A stretch of 63,261 nt of DNA, filler included, from Candidatus Delongbacteria bacterium (GCA_016937995.1; 3 parts of 3 records of this genome joined end to end with filler, not necessarily neighbours in it); one strand, 5' to 3'. Counted from the whole stretch's first letter, positions 19,435 through 30,705 are shown. A program made the numbers and translations. Notes: generated by a model from the letters alone, not told the origin.

Positions 19435-21112
19435 AAATACAAAATTAGCATTTTTCTTGATCGCTCTGGTAATAATCCTGTATCCTTACTTTATGCCTAA
19501 AGAACAAAAAGTACCTGTTACTGAAAAGCCTATCACAACTTATGAATCTAATCTTGATGACAACAAAACTGAATATGCTGAAACAACTACAGTAGCAGAA
19601 CTTAAACCGGCTGAAGATATCTTAGTTGATACAACTCTTTACAGAATGCCTGATATTAAAGATGTCATGATAGAGACTGATCTTTACAAAGCTCTTATAT
19701 CAAACAAAGGCGGTAAAATAAAAAGCTGGAAAATAAAGAAATACAGAAGCAGAGATGACTCTACCAAGCTTATTGATCTTATTTTTGAAAATACTGAAAA
19801 TCTGAAGACAGAGATATTCTTAAATAACGGTCAAACTTTATCAGGTCTCATAGCTGAAACAAATAAAGATAATATTTTGCTCAACAGCTCAAGAACTAAT
19901 GAAGAACTCATAATGCAATATAAAGATGCTTCAGGACAGCTTTTATTTACAAAAAAATATAAATTCTACAACGATAAATACTCATTTGACGTTTCCATAG
20001 ACACTACTCCTATTTATGATGACCTTAAAGATAAGAGCTCAATTGCTGTTAAATGGCTGGACGGACTTCAGTATACAGAAGTATCTGATAACGGTAAAAA
20101 TCTTAACAGGGAGGATTATTATCGTGAGACTTATGTAAAAGTAAAGGACGAAGAGTATCTGGATTTTGACGATAACGATGACAGTGAACTTATTACAGGC
20201 GACATTCAGTGGGGAGCGACCAGAACAAAATATTTTGAATTGTTCATTTTTGACAAAGAAGGATATTTCAATTCATTTCAAAATTTTCCAAGTAATGTTC
20301 CTAAAACGGAACTTTATACAGGAATGGGATTCTCACTTACTCTTGATAAAAACCCTGATCCTGTAAATAATTTCAGTGTTTATCTTGGCCCAATGGATAA
20401 CACTATTTTAAAATCATATGATCTTGATTTTGACTCGACGTTAAACTGGGGCTGGTCAATTATAAAGCCGTTTTCCCTTGCTATCTATTATACCTTAACA
20501 TTTCTTCACAGGTATATTGACAACTACGGTATAGTGATCATATTACTCTCTCTGATCGTGAATACACTTGTACTTCCTTTTACACTTAAAAGTTATAGAA
20601 GCCAGGCACAAATGAAAAAGATACAGCCTTACATAAAAGAATTGAAGGAAAAATATAAAGGTGACATGCAGAAGCAGCAGCAGGCAACAATGGAATTATA
20701 TAAAAAGCATGGTGTGAATCCATTCGGTTCATGTTTACCTACTTTAATACCTATGCCGATCCTTTATGGTATGTTCATTGTGTTTGGTGCAACAATTGAG
20801 TTCAGAGGAGCAAATTTTGCCTTTTGGATCACTGACCTTTCATTACCTGAGGTTATGTTCACCTTACCTTTTTCTATCCCGATGTACGGGGCGAACGTAG
20901 GATTACTTCCTATACTTATGGGAGTTACAATGTTCTATCAGATGAAGGACACTATGAGTGCAGATCCTAATCAGAAGATGATGAAATATTTTATGCCTGT
21001 ATTCCTTCTTGTGCTCTTCAATAATTTTGCTTCAGGTCTGATCTTATATTATACGATCGGAAATGTTTTCAGGATGGTTCAACAAAAATTTACAACGAGC
21101 AGTGATAAATGA
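19427..21112 (+). CDS. yidC: Membrane protein insertase YidC
   Basis: N-terminal TM, periplasmic domain, YLGP, GVNPFGSCLP, WITDLS, SGLILYY. Confidence 0.96.
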   Translation: MDKNTKLAFFLIALVIILYPYFMPKEQKVPVTEKPITTYESNLDDNKTEYAETTTVAELKPAEDILVDTTLYRMPDIKDVMIETDLYKALISNKGGKIKSWKIKKYRSRDDSTKLIDLIFENTENLKTEIFLNNGQTLSGLIAETNKDNILLNSSRTNEELIMQYKDASGQLLFTKKYKFYNDKYSFDVSIDTTPIYDDLKDKSSIAVKWLDGLQYTEVSDNGKNLNREDYYRETYVKVKDEEYLDFDDNDDSELITGDIQWGATRTKYFELFIFDKEGYFNSFQNFPSNVPKTELYTGMGFSLTLDKNPDPVNNFSVYLGPMDNTILKSYDLDFDSTLNWGWSIIKPFSLAIYYTLTFLHRYIDNYGIVIILLSLIVNTLVLPFTLKSYRSQAQMKKIQPYIKELKEKYKGDMQKQQQATMELYKKHGVNPFGSCLPTLIPMPILYGMFIVFGATIEFRGANFAFWITDLSLPEVMFTLPFSIPMYGANVGLLPILMGVTMFYQMKDTMSADPNQKMMKYFMPVFLLVLFNNFASGLILYYTIGNVFRMVQQKFTTSSDK

Positions 21113-22092
21113 TTATGGACTTTCAAGATAAATTAAATGCTTACAGAGATGAAATAAACAGATCTCTCGATAACATACTTCAAATTCAAGAACCTAAGTT
21201 GCTGTATGAACCGATGAAGTATATAATTGAAATTGGCGGTAAGAGAATAAGACCGATACTTTGTGATATTTTTTACAGAATGTTCGAAGGTAAAAAAGAC
21301 AAAGTTCTTTACCCCGCCCTTGCAATAGAGTTGCTTCACAACTTTACTCTGGTCCATGATGATATTATGGATGATGATGACAAGAGAAGAAATAAGCCTA
21401 CTGTTCACATTAAATGGGATCTGGCGGTCGGTGTCTTGGCAGGTGATGGAGTGGTCAGTCTGGCATATAAAGTTCTGCTAATGGAAAAATTCAGTAGATC
21501 CGATCAGATAATAAATATTTTCACTGACGGTCTTCTGGAAGTATGTGAAGGTCAGGGATTTGATAAAGAGTTCGAGACAAGAGAAGATGTTACAGAGGAT
21601 GAATATATAAATATGATCGATAAAAAAACATCAGCATTATTGGCAGTCTCATCAAAAATAGGAGCTGCATGCGCAAATGCTTCTGACGAACTTATTAATG
21701 TTGCTGATCAATATGGTAGAGCACTTGGAATCGCATTTCAAATACAGGATGATTATCTTGATATTGCCGGAGATGAATTTTTGCTGGGTAAAACATACGG
21801 AAGTGATGTTCAAAAAGGTAAAAAAACTTACTTATACATCAAAGCAAAACAAAAATTAAAAGGAAACGATCTAGATAAGTTCGATGAGATCATTTCAAAA
21901 GAAAATGTCACAAGAGAGGAAATTTTACAGGTAAAAGATATATATGAGAAAAACGGAATATTAGATGATACTAAGATCGAGATCGCACGAAGAATAGACA
22001 TTGCTAAAAATGCGATCGAAGTACTATCAGAAAATTATGATACAAATGAATTAAAAGCATTCACGGAATATATGTTAAACCGAAAATTTTAG
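21109..22092 (+). CDS. Polyprenyl (geranylgeranyl) diphosphate synthase
   Basis: GGKRIRP, HDDIMDDDDKRR and FQIQDDYLD (FARM/SARM). Confidence 0.93.
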   Translation: MIMDFQDKLNAYRDEINRSLDNILQIQEPKLLYEPMKYIIEIGGKRIRPILCDIFYRMFEGKKDKVLYPALAIELLHNFTLVHDDIMDDDDKRRNKPTVHIKWDLAVGVLAGDGVVSLAYKVLLMEKFSRSDQIINIFTDGLLEVCEGQGFDKEFETREDVTEDEYINMIDKKTSALLAVSSKIGAACANASDELINVADQYGRALGIAFQIQDDYLDIAGDEFLLGKTYGSDVQKGKKTYLYIKAKQKLKGNDLDKFDEIISKENVTREEILQVKDIYEKNGILDDTKIEIARRIDIAKNAIEVLSENYDTNELKAFTEYMLNRKF

Positions 22093-22105
22093 TTAAAGGT
22101 GTAAA

Positions 22106-25100
22106 ATGAGTACTATAGAATTATTGAGGGAATTGAAGAAATTTTTACCTAATAATACTGCTAATAAATTATTGACAGATGATCTTATTTTCCTTGAAGA
22201 GGGAGTTGTAAATATTGTTAGGTTCAATGTTTTAAATGAATTATTTTCACATCTTAAATCGGATGAAAATTTTACTGATACTTACAAAGAACTCGCGGAT
22301 GATCTGATAGGAAGGTTCCTGTCTGTTATTTATGATAACGGTGGTGTATTTTTAAAAATAAGCGATAATAAGATAAATGTGCTCTTTACCAAGGAGTTGA
22401 TAAAAAAGGAAAAAGAGGATATAATATTACATTCTATCAAATGTTCTATCGGTTTATTGAAAGTTTATAAAGAGTTTGTTGCAGAAATAAAAAATAAATT
22501 TGAACTGGATTTTGAAGAATATATTTCCAGCGGGATGGACTATGGAAAATTTCTTGAAATAATTTTTGGAAATGACAAAAGAAAAGAGAGAATCGTATTA
22601 GGAAAGATCCCTCAAAATGCAATCGAAAATGCTTTTAAAGGTAAAAATGGCGAGATCCTGGTTTCTTCCGGTATTTATAAAAGTGTAAAGGACAATGTTG
22701 TTACATGTAGAACAAAAAACTGTTATTGTGTTTCGGATCTTATTACTGATGTTGAGAATCTTACTTTACCGACAGATGATTACTTAAATCTCAAGACTTC
22801 AATTATCAAATCATTCTTACCGGAATACATTTATTCCGGACTTAAAAATAACGTAAATAACGACTTTAAAGAGTACAAAGAAGGTTCAATGATATCATTA
22901 GAATTTTCAAATATCCATGAGATGGTGGAAGATTATATTGAGAAATATGAAAAATTAGAAGATGAAACAGAGATCAGAGTTTTTACAGATAATTTTTTCT
23001 TTGGAATTAGTAAGCTCTTCAAAAAAGTTTTCAGATTTGCAGTTAATTTTGATGGTGCTATCAATAAAATTGAATTGTCTAAATTTGGACTTCGTATCGT
23101 AATTACTTTTTCATTCCCGAAGGTTTTTGACAATGACCATACAAATAAACTTATCTGTGTTGAAGAATTACATAAAGTTTCGAAAGCGTTTAAAAAATTA
23201 AATTACAGGATGATCCACTTTAAAGATATTATGTTTGCTTCGATCGTAGGAGTTGAAGAAAGAGCAGGATATTTCATCTCATCAGAAACAACTGCAAAGC
23301 TCGATGAAATGATGGAGAAAATACCTAATGGTGAATCGAGAGAAATTGAGATCCTGAAAGCAGGTAACGTTCAAACTCCAAAGATCGCTAAGATTGAAAT
23401 AAAAAACAAAAAGAACACTAAAACAGAAAATGAAAAAATTGTACTCAAAGGTCTGTTCTCTCATAAAGTGATCGGAAGGAACAAAGAGATTATCAATTTG
23501 AACCAGCTTCTAAGAAATGGTGGTAAAATAATAACTGTTACTGGTAGATACGGTAGTGGTAAAACCCGTCTGGTGGAAGAGATCGTAAAACGAATGTCAA
23601 ATGAGAATTTTTATATAATATATTCAAAGGTCGAAGACAGGGACAGCATTATAGATCTTTTCAAGTATATAATTGATGAAAGTGCCGGAATAACGATATT
23701 TGATGATATTGTGACTGTGAAAGCAAAATTAGTTAAATATTTTAAAGATCTTCACAATACATGTCCTGAAAAAAATGACAGGGACCTCTTCAAAAAGAAA
23801 CTGTTCATACTTTACAAAATGATGTATAACATTGACCTTGATAAGAATATTTATGATACACTTTCGCCTGAATTGAGAATGAAAAATCTTAAAGAGGCAC
23901 TAAGTCTTTTTATAATCGTTAATTACTATTGCAATATTAAAGATAATCAGGGTGTTATTTTTATATTTGATGATATTGACAATTTAATGCATGAAGAAAA
24001 AGAGTTAATGCAATACGTTATCCAATACAGTATTTCACATCTGGTAGAGATCGGGAACAGAAGAAATAAAAAAGGTGACATCAACAAAATTTCTTTCATA
24101 CTCACTTATCATAAGTCGAACACTCTGGAGTTCAACAGATTCCTTAAACCTTTCAAGCAGGAATTACCTCCATTAAAAAAAGATACCATGAGGTTACTTC
24201 TTAAAGAAATGACATTTGGTAAAAAAATGTCATCAGAAGTGGAAAAGGTTTTATTAAAACTTGCTTCAGGTAATCCATTTTACCTAGAACAGTTTTTTAA
24301 ATTTGTTTATACGACAGGAATGATAGTTGAAAAAGAAAATGAGCTTGAGAAAACAAGGTATTATAAGAAAAAACTGATACCGACCGATATAGAAGAGATC
24401 GTTAAACTGAATCTTGAAAAACTACCAAAACAGCATCTTGAGATACTTCAGGCTGCATCTGTTATAGGTGTTAAGTTCGATAAGATTATTCTTAAGGAAT
24501 ATTATCCTGAACTGGAATACGAGGATCTTGAACTTATTACACAAAGCAACTTTATTAAAAAATACCATATAGAAAATTATTACATTTTTTCACACCCTAT
24601 CGTAAGCAAGGTTCTTTATAATTCAGCCAGTGAAACGAATAAAATTATTTGGCATAGAGGTGTTGCTGAGTTGCTTGAAGAAACAAAATTAGCTTCGAAC
24701 TTGGCTCATCCAAACTGGTTAGGCCACCATCACCACTTATCAGGAAATGATAAAAAAGCAGCGGAATATTTAGAAGAAGCTTACTTAAGCGCAATGTCAA
24801 AGAATTTTATTGAAAAGGCTTTGATCAATCTACAAAAGCTGATAACCTATTTAGATCCGGGTGAAAAAAAGGATAAACTGATCTTACAAGAGATAAAGAT
24901 CCTTTATATGATGAATGAATTTGCAAAGGCTCGAAAAACTGCATATACACTTGTTAAAAAATACGAGAAATCACAAAATCACAAGTTCTATTTTGATATT
25001 TTGATGACTTTGATCGAGCATACAATAACTTACTCTCCTCTAAAGAAACTCAAAGAGATGCTGCATAAAGCTTCAAAACTTCAAAGAAAGTTTGAAATGA

Positions 25101-26287
25101 AAAATCAGCAAAAAGGTGAGTTATACAAATATTATGCTTTGTATAAAAAACGTGAAGAAAATATCAAATCTTCGGTAGATTATTTAAAGATCGCGATGGA
25201 ATTTACAAAAAAATCGAAAGATAGTGATACAATGTGTTTCTTGCTGAATGAACTAGGCATCATTTATGAAACTCAATTCCGTTTCAACAAGAGTATTTCA
25301 ACTTTTAAAAAAGCACTCAAAATTGCTGAAAAATCGAACAATCTTAAATATCGTTCGATATTACTAGGTAATTTAGGTAAGATCACTTACAAATTAGGTC
25401 AGGTAAATGATTCGATAAAATATTATAATGAAGCTCTTGACATTGCTTCTTTGTTGAGTCTTAAAGATGTCGAAGGTGTATGTGCCGGACAGATCGGAAA
25501 TATCTATCTGGAGATAAAAGATATCACAAAAGCAATGAAGAATTTTGAAAGATCTATAAAGATCTTCAGAGCATTGAATAATCTTGAAGAGACAAGTTAC
25601 CGTTTAGCTGATTTCGGATCGTGTTATATCTTCCATAATAACTCTATTGAAGCTGAAAAAAGTTTTAATAAGTCCCATAAGATAGCAAAGGAAATAAACA
25701 GTAGTTTAGCCAGAGCATATGCTTTAATGAACATCGGTAGATTGAAGATAATGAGAAGACATTATTCTGAATCAGAATCTACCCTGAAAGAAGCTTTGAA
25801 GATCTACAGAGAGAAGAAATTATATAAAAGAATGGGTATGATCTACTATTTCTTATCAGAAATGTATTTCCAGGAAATAGTTGAGTATGATGATGATCCT
25901 TTCAACAAATATAAAAATGAGATCAAGGAAGACATCAGTAAGATACTGAAATATATGAAATATTCGCTTTACTATTCAAAGAAAGCAAAGAATATTCACT
26001 ATATTTCTCTGGGTTATCTGCTCTTGGGAAAGATATTGAACAGAAAAGACCGTACAAAAGAAGCAATCATTAACCTGCAGAATGGCTATACAGCGGTCAA
26101 AATATCAGATTATTCTAAACTGTATATCAATATTACAACCGAGTTGGCGAAAGCTTACGTTAAAGGTTCCAGATCAAGAGATGCTCTTTTACTTCTTAAT
26201 GCCGCAAATAAGCAAGCTATCAAAAATAAAGATATCAGATCAAGAAATTTGCTAAAGGACCTGATAAAAGAGATTCAAAACCGTTAA
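22106..26287 (+). CDS. Degenerate tandem class III cyclase domains + STAND/AAA ATPase + TPR protein
   Basis: Cyclase-like segments YDNGGVFLKISDNKINVLF and NFDGAINKIELSKFG; IGRNKE, GRYGSGKT, IFDDID, GNPFYLEQ; C-terminal TPRs. Confidence 0.78.
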   Translation: MSTIELLRELKKFLPNNTANKLLTDDLIFLEEGVVNIVRFNVLNELFSHLKSDENFTDTYKELADDLIGRFLSVIYDNGGVFLKISDNKINVLFTKELIKKEKEDIILHSIKCSIGLLKVYKEFVAEIKNKFELDFEEYISSGMDYGKFLEIIFGNDKRKERIVLGKIPQNAIENAFKGKNGEILVSSGIYKSVKDNVVTCRTKNCYCVSDLITDVENLTLPTDDYLNLKTSIIKSFLPEYIYSGLKNNVNNDFKEYKEGSMISLEFSNIHEMVEDYIEKYEKLEDETEIRVFTDNFFFGISKLFKKVFRFAVNFDGAINKIELSKFGLRIVITFSFPKVFDNDHTNKLICVEELHKVSKAFKKLNYRMIHFKDIMFASIVGVEERAGYFISSETTAKLDEMMEKIPNGESREIEILKAGNVQTPKIAKIEIKNKKNTKTENEKIVLKGLFSHKVIGRNKEIINLNQLLRNGGKIITVTGRYGSGKTRLVEEIVKRMSNENFYIIYSKVEDRDSIIDLFKYIIDESAGITIFDDIVTVKAKLVKYFKDLHNTCPEKNDRDLFKKKLFILYKMMYNIDLDKNIYDTLSPELRMKNLKEALSLFIIVNYYCNIKDNQGVIFIFDDIDNLMHEEKELMQYVIQYSISHLVEIGNRRNKKGDINKISFILTYHKSNTLEFNRFLKPFKQELPPLKKDTMRLLLKEMTFGKKMSSEVEKVLLKLASGNPFYLEQFFKFVYTTGMIVEKENELEKTRYYKKKLIPTDIEEIVKLNLEKLPKQHLEILQAASVIGVKFDKIILKEYYPELEYEDLELITQSNFIKKYHIENYYIFSHPIVSKVLYNSASETNKIIWHRGVAELLEETKLASNLAHPNWLGHHHHLSGNDKKAAEYLEEAYLSAMSKNFIEKALINLQKLITYLDPGEKKDKLILQEIKILYMMNEFAKARKTAYTLVKKYEKSQNHKFYFDILMTLIEHTITYSPLKKLKEMLHKASKLQRKFEMKNQQKGELYKYYALYKKREENIKSSVDYLKIAMEFTKKSKDSDTMCFLLNELGIIYETQFRFNKSISTFKKALKIAEKSNNLKYRSILLGNLGKITYKLGQVNDSIKYYNEALDIASLLSLKDVEGVCAGQIGNIYLEIKDITKAMKNFERSIKIFRALNNLEETSYRLADFGSCYIFHNNSIEAEKSFNKSHKIAKEINSSLARAYALMNIGRLKIMRRHYSESESTLKEALKIYREKKLYKRMGMIYYFLSEMYFQEIVEYDDDPFNKYKNEIKEDISKILKYMKYSLYYSKKAKNIHYISLGYLLLGKILNRKDRTKEAIINLQNGYTAVKISDYSKLYINITTELAKAYVKGSRSRDALLLLNAANKQAIKNKDIRSRNLLKDLIKEIQNR

Positions 26288-26293
26288 ACTATG

Positions 26294-26353
26294 AGACGCA
26301 AGATATTGCGTCTGTACATAGGTTATGATGTAAGGGCGTAATTTTACGCCCTT
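26294..26353. repeat. Two REP palindromes (second may double as terminator)
   Basis: AGACGCAA-gata-TTGCGTCT-GTAC and AAGGGCGTAA-tt-TTACGCCCTT followed by a T-run. Confidence 0.7.
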
Positions 26354-26373
26354 TTTTATGAATAAGGAAGAAC

Positions 26374-28032
26374 ATGTTTCTACCAACGAACATAAGAGAA
26401 ATGGAAGAGCTTGGATGGGATAGTCTTGATGTAATACTGGTCTCTGGTGATGCTTACATTGATCATCCTTCTTTCGGAGTGACTATTGTTGGTAAATTTT
26501 TGATAAAACACGGTTTTAAAGTCGGTATCATAGCACAACCGGATATTAGTTCAAATATAGATTTTAAACTACTACCGATTCCTAGATTATTCATTGGAAT
26601 ATCTTCAGGTAATGTTGATTCATTGGTTAATAATTATACTGCGAGTAAGAAGAAAAGGCGTACAGATGATTATAGCGAAAACGGTGAAGGAGGGAAAAGA
26701 CCTGACAGAGCAGTTATAGCCTATACGAACAAGGTTAAAGAGAACTATAAAGGTGTACCTGTTGTGATCGGTGGTGTTGAAGCTAGCCTAAGAAGAGTTG
26801 CTCACTATGACTACTGGTCTGATAAGATCAGACGTTCCATCCTATTTGATTCCAAAGCTGATCTTCTTGTTTTCGGTCAGGGTGAAAGAACTACACTGAG
26901 AATTGCTGAAGAACTAACATCAGGCAAAAAGATCGAAGACTTAACAGAACTTAGAGGAACTTCATTCATAGCAAAAAAAGATACATTAGAAAAATTCAAT
27001 TCGAATGTAAATTATATATCATTACCAACATTTGAAGAAGTTACATTAAATATGAACGATTTTCTCAAAGCTGAAAAGATCATTCATGATAATAAAAATC
27101 CTTATTTGAATAAAGGATTTATCCAGGAAACCAACAGAAGATTCTTAATAGTAAATCCGCCAACTTTACCCGATGAGAATTTGGATGAAGTTTTTGAATC
27201 AGAATTTGAAAGATCTCCCCATCCAATGTATAAAGGTAGAATTCCTGCGTGGGACATGATAAGAAATTCTATAACTATTCATAGAGGATGCTTCGGTGGA
27301 TGTACATTCTGTTCTATCTCATTACATCAGGGTAACTTTATTCAGAGCCGTTCAGAGAAGAATATAAAAGATGAAATATCCTCTGCAAAGCTTAAGACAA
27401 TAACTGATCTTGGTGGTCCTTCAGCAAATATGTACAAGATGAAAGGTAAGGATACAGAGATCTGTAAAAAGTGTAAGAAACTTTCCTGTATTTTCCCTGG
27501 TATCTGTAAAAATTTAGATATTGATCACAAGAAACTACTTTCTTTGTATAAGGAAATAAAGAAAGATCACAAAGTATTCGTGAATAGCGGTCTCAGACAC
27601 GAACTTGCTCTGACCGATAATGAATATATGAAACAGATAGCTGAACATTATACATCGGGATTGCTCAAAATAGCACCTGAGCATACCGAGAGAAGAATAC
27701 TAGATCTTATGCTTAAACCTTCAATAGATAAATATGAAGAGTTCGTTACATTGTTTAAAAAATATTCGAAGAAAGAGCAGTATGTTCTTCCATATTTGAT
27801 CTCAGCTTTTCCGGGAACAACTCTGACAGATGCAGAAAATATGATGTATTATCTTAAAAGGAATAATATCAGGGTAGAACAGGTACAGGACTTCATACCT
27901 TTACCTATGACCATAGCTGCTGCAATGTATTTTATAGAGAAAGATTTTTTCACCGGAGAGAAGATCCATGTTGCAAAGAGTTATGATGAAAGAAAAAAAC
28001 ACAGACAAATGATGCAATGGTGGAAGCGATGA
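26374..28032 (+). CDS. ygiQ: YgiQ family radical SAM protein (UPF0313)
   Basis: SGDAYIDHPSFG, GGVEASLRR, CFGGCTFC, DLGGPSANMY, APEH. Confidence 0.93.
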   Translation: MFLPTNIREMEELGWDSLDVILVSGDAYIDHPSFGVTIVGKFLIKHGFKVGIIAQPDISSNIDFKLLPIPRLFIGISSGNVDSLVNNYTASKKKRRTDDYSENGEGGKRPDRAVIAYTNKVKENYKGVPVVIGGVEASLRRVAHYDYWSDKIRRSILFDSKADLLVFGQGERTTLRIAEELTSGKKIEDLTELRGTSFIAKKDTLEKFNSNVNYISLPTFEEVTLNMNDFLKAEKIIHDNKNPYLNKGFIQETNRRFLIVNPPTLPDENLDEVFESEFERSPHPMYKGRIPAWDMIRNSITIHRGCFGGCTFCSISLHQGNFIQSRSEKNIKDEISSAKLKTITDLGGPSANMYKMKGKDTEICKKCKKLSCIFPGICKNLDIDHKKLLSLYKEIKKDHKVFVNSGLRHELALTDNEYMKQIAEHYTSGLLKIAPEHTERRILDLMLKPSIDKYEEFVTLFKKYSKKEQYVLPYLISAFPGTTLTDAENMMYYLKRNNIRVEQVQDFIPLPMTIAAAMYFIEKDFFTGEKIHVAKSYDERKKHRQMMQWWKR

Positions 28033-29672
28033 TAAAAAACACAATTTTCAAACCTAAATTATTTTCTTTGTTAAAAAGAGGAATAGATAAGAACAGAATA
28101 ACTACTGATATAATGGCAGGTGTGGTCGTTGGTGTAGTGGCACTTCCACTTGCGATAGCATTTGCTGTAGCATCAGGAGTTTCACCTGAAAAAGGTTTAA
28201 TAACTGCAGTGATAGCAGGTTTTTTAATATCTTTTCTAGGCGGAAGCAGGGTTCAGATAGGTGGTCCGACCGGTGCTTTCATTGTAATTGTATACGGTAT
28301 TGTCGAGAATTACGGAATCGACGGACTGATAATATCTACTATTATGGCAGGAGTAATATTAATTGCTTTCGGGTTACTGAAGCTGGGTTCATTGCTAAAG
28401 TATTTTCCTCAACCATTGATCATCGGTTTTACAAGTGGAATAGCTATTGTGATATTTTCTACACAGATCAAAGATGCTTTAGGGCTTGATATCGTAAAAG
28501 TTAGCTCTGAATTTACTCACAAATGGATTCAATATTTTGATCATATTCATACTATAAATTATAGCTCGGTAATTATAACCGCTCTAACAATTATTATAGT
28601 AATATTTTCGAAAAAAATAACAACAAAGGTCCCCGGATCTTTTATTGCAATAATATTGATCACAACACTAGTACAAATTTTAAATATTGATGTAACTACT
28701 ATCAAATCTTTCTTCGGAGAAATACCGAATAGTTTCAGTATTACTATACCTGAATTTAAATTAAGTGATTTACATTTTTATATCGCTCCGGCACTTACAA
28801 TTGCATTGTTAGGCGGGATCGAATCATTACTGTCCGCTGTTGTATCAGACGGTATGATAAGTGGCAAGCATCGTTCGAATACGGAGCTAATTGCACAGGG
28901 TGTTGCAAACATTGTAACTCCATTCTTTGGAGGAATCCCTGCTACAGGTGCTATTGCCCGTACCGTAACAAATGTCAAAAATGGAGGCAGGACACCAATT
29001 GCAGGAATTTCTCATGCTGTCACTTTATTATTGATCATGCTATTCTTCGGTAAATGGGCTGCACTTATACCGATGTCTTGTTTATCCGGTATTCTCATAG
29101 TAGTTGCATATAACATGAGTGAGTGGAGATCGTTCCTTGATACTCTGAGAGGATCATATTTTGATAGTTCGGTACTTGTAATTACATTCCTTCTTACAGT
29201 GCTAGTAGATCTAACAGTTGCTATTGAAGTAGGGGTTATTTTATCTGCAATGTTATTTATGAAGAGGATGTCAGATATCGCTGAAAAGAGAATAGAAGAT
29301 ACAATTGATTCTGACGTTCTTGAAGATTATTCAGATTTACCTGAAAATATATCTATTTATGAGATCAGCGGTCCTCTTTTTTTCGCTTCTGCAAGAACAT
29401 ATTCAGAAGTAATTGAGAACATGGGTTTTAAAAGCAGTATACTTATAATTAGAATGCGCCATGTATCATTTATAGATCATACCGGTATTCATAATCTAAA
29501 AGGTACAATAGAAATATTAAATAATAGGGGAGTGATGGTCGTACTTTCAGGTTTAAATCATGAGATCCGTAGAACTTTTAAGAAAAATAATATCGTTCAT
29601 ACAGATGATAAACTTGAAATATTTGATTCATTTGAAAAGTCTGTAAGTTATGCAAAAAGTAAAATATTGTAA
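28029..29672 (+). CDS. sulP: SulP family sulfate/anion transporter with STAS domain
   Basis: VALPLAIAFA, QIGGPTGAF, ESLLSAVV, GPLFF; ATG 28029 overlaps the ygiQ stop (ATGA). Confidence 0.93.
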   Translation: MIKNTIFKPKLFSLLKRGIDKNRITTDIMAGVVVGVVALPLAIAFAVASGVSPEKGLITAVIAGFLISFLGGSRVQIGGPTGAFIVIVYGIVENYGIDGLIISTIMAGVILIAFGLLKLGSLLKYFPQPLIIGFTSGIAIVIFSTQIKDALGLDIVKVSSEFTHKWIQYFDHIHTINYSSVIITALTIIIVIFSKKITTKVPGSFIAIILITTLVQILNIDVTTIKSFFGEIPNSFSITIPEFKLSDLHFYIAPALTIALLGGIESLLSAVVSDGMISGKHRSNTELIAQGVANIVTPFFGGIPATGAIARTVTNVKNGGRTPIAGISHAVTLLLIMLFFGKWAALIPMSCLSGILIVVAYNMSEWRSFLDTLRGSYFDSSVLVITFLLTVLVDLTVAIEVGVILSAMLFMKRMSDIAEKRIEDTIDSDVLEDYSDLPENISIYEISGPLFFASARTYSEVIENMGFKSSILIIRMRHVSFIDHTGIHNLKGTIEILNNRGVMVVLSGLNHEIRRTFKKNNIVHTDDKLEIFDSFEKSVSYAKSKIL

Positions 29673-29714
29673 TAAGGTTAGAAGAGATAGATCTTAAAAT
29701 CACAGGAAGAAACA

Positions 29715-30164
29715 ATGATAAATAAGAAAAAAGAAGTAACGGATAAGAATAAAATAGAAGAAATTTTAAAAAAAGCTATCTGGTGCCAGCTTGCAATGAC
29801 TGATGGTGATCAACCGTACGTTATTCCTCTGAATTACGGATACAGAGATAATGCGTTATATATTCACTGTGCAAAGAAAGGAATGAAGCTTGATATTATA
29901 AGAAAGAATCCTAAAGTAGCTTTCAATGTAACACTGGATGATGAGTATCTGGAAGGTTTATTGACAATGAAATTTCAGAGTATGAATGGGACAGGAAAAG
30001 CTTATATTATAGAAGATGAGGAAGGGAAGAGGGAAGCATTGAATTGTCTTACAGGGCATTTCGGAGCAGAACCGGTTTATCACAGTGCTAAAAGTTTAAA
30101 TACTATTGTAATGATAAAAGTTGAGATTGTAGAAACGACTTGTAAAATTAGCTACATGGATTAA
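29715..30164 (+). CDS. Pyridoxamine 5'-phosphate oxidase-like flavin-binding protein (NimA family)
   Basis: PYVIPLNYGY..YIHCAKKGMKLDIIRKNPKV. Confidence 0.85.
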   Translation: MINKKKEVTDKNKIEEILKKAIWCQLAMTDGDQPYVIPLNYGYRDNALYIHCAKKGMKLDIIRKNPKVAFNVTLDDEYLEGLLTMKFQSMNGTGKAYIIEDEEGKREALNCLTGHFGAEPVYHSAKSLNTIVMIKVEIVETTCKISYMD

Positions 30165-30172
30165 ATGATTAT

Positions 30173-30281
30173 CTCACAAAGACACTAAGACACAAAGGGA
30201 ATAATAATTTTGTCATCTTCGTGCTTGACACGGGGATCCACTAAAAGAATATGGATATCCGGATCAAGTCCGAATATGACA
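30173..30281. repeat. CACAAAG-type repeat plus bipartite GTCAT...ATGAC palindromic element
   Basis: CTCACAAAGACACTAAGACACAAAG; TGTCATCTTCGTGCTTGACACGGGGATCCA...TGGATATCCGGATCAAGTCCGAATATGACA (30211-30281). Confidence 0.75.
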
Positions 30282-30331
30282 TTTTATGACTTGATTAATT
30301 ATAATGAATTAAATTGAACAAGGAATAAATA

Positions 30332-30705
30332 ATGAAAACAAATTTCAATTCAACATATTACGAAGAACAGCAATTCAGACAGCTTTGGCTTTGGTTATTA
30401 TTGATCGTTACAGGTGGATCATCTGTTGGAGTGTTTGCTTACGGATTTTACGAACAGATAATATTCGGACAGACTTTCGGGAATCAACCAATGTCGGATA
30501 ATGCTTTAAATATTTCTTTTATTGGAGCATTACTGTTTTTCACTTTGATTATTTTATTATTTATTTTTTCAAAATTGACTACTATGATAGATGATACCGG
30601 GATTAATTATAAGTTCTTTCCTTTTCACTTGAGTTTTCATAAAATTGCATGGGAAGAGATCGAAAGTTATGAAGTCATGACTTACAGACCTATCAGAGAA
30701 TATGG
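30332..30705 (+). CDS. DUF6141-like membrane protein, truncated by contig end
   Basis: YEEQQFRQLWLW, two TM segments, KFFPFH, YRPIREYG. Confidence 0.7.
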
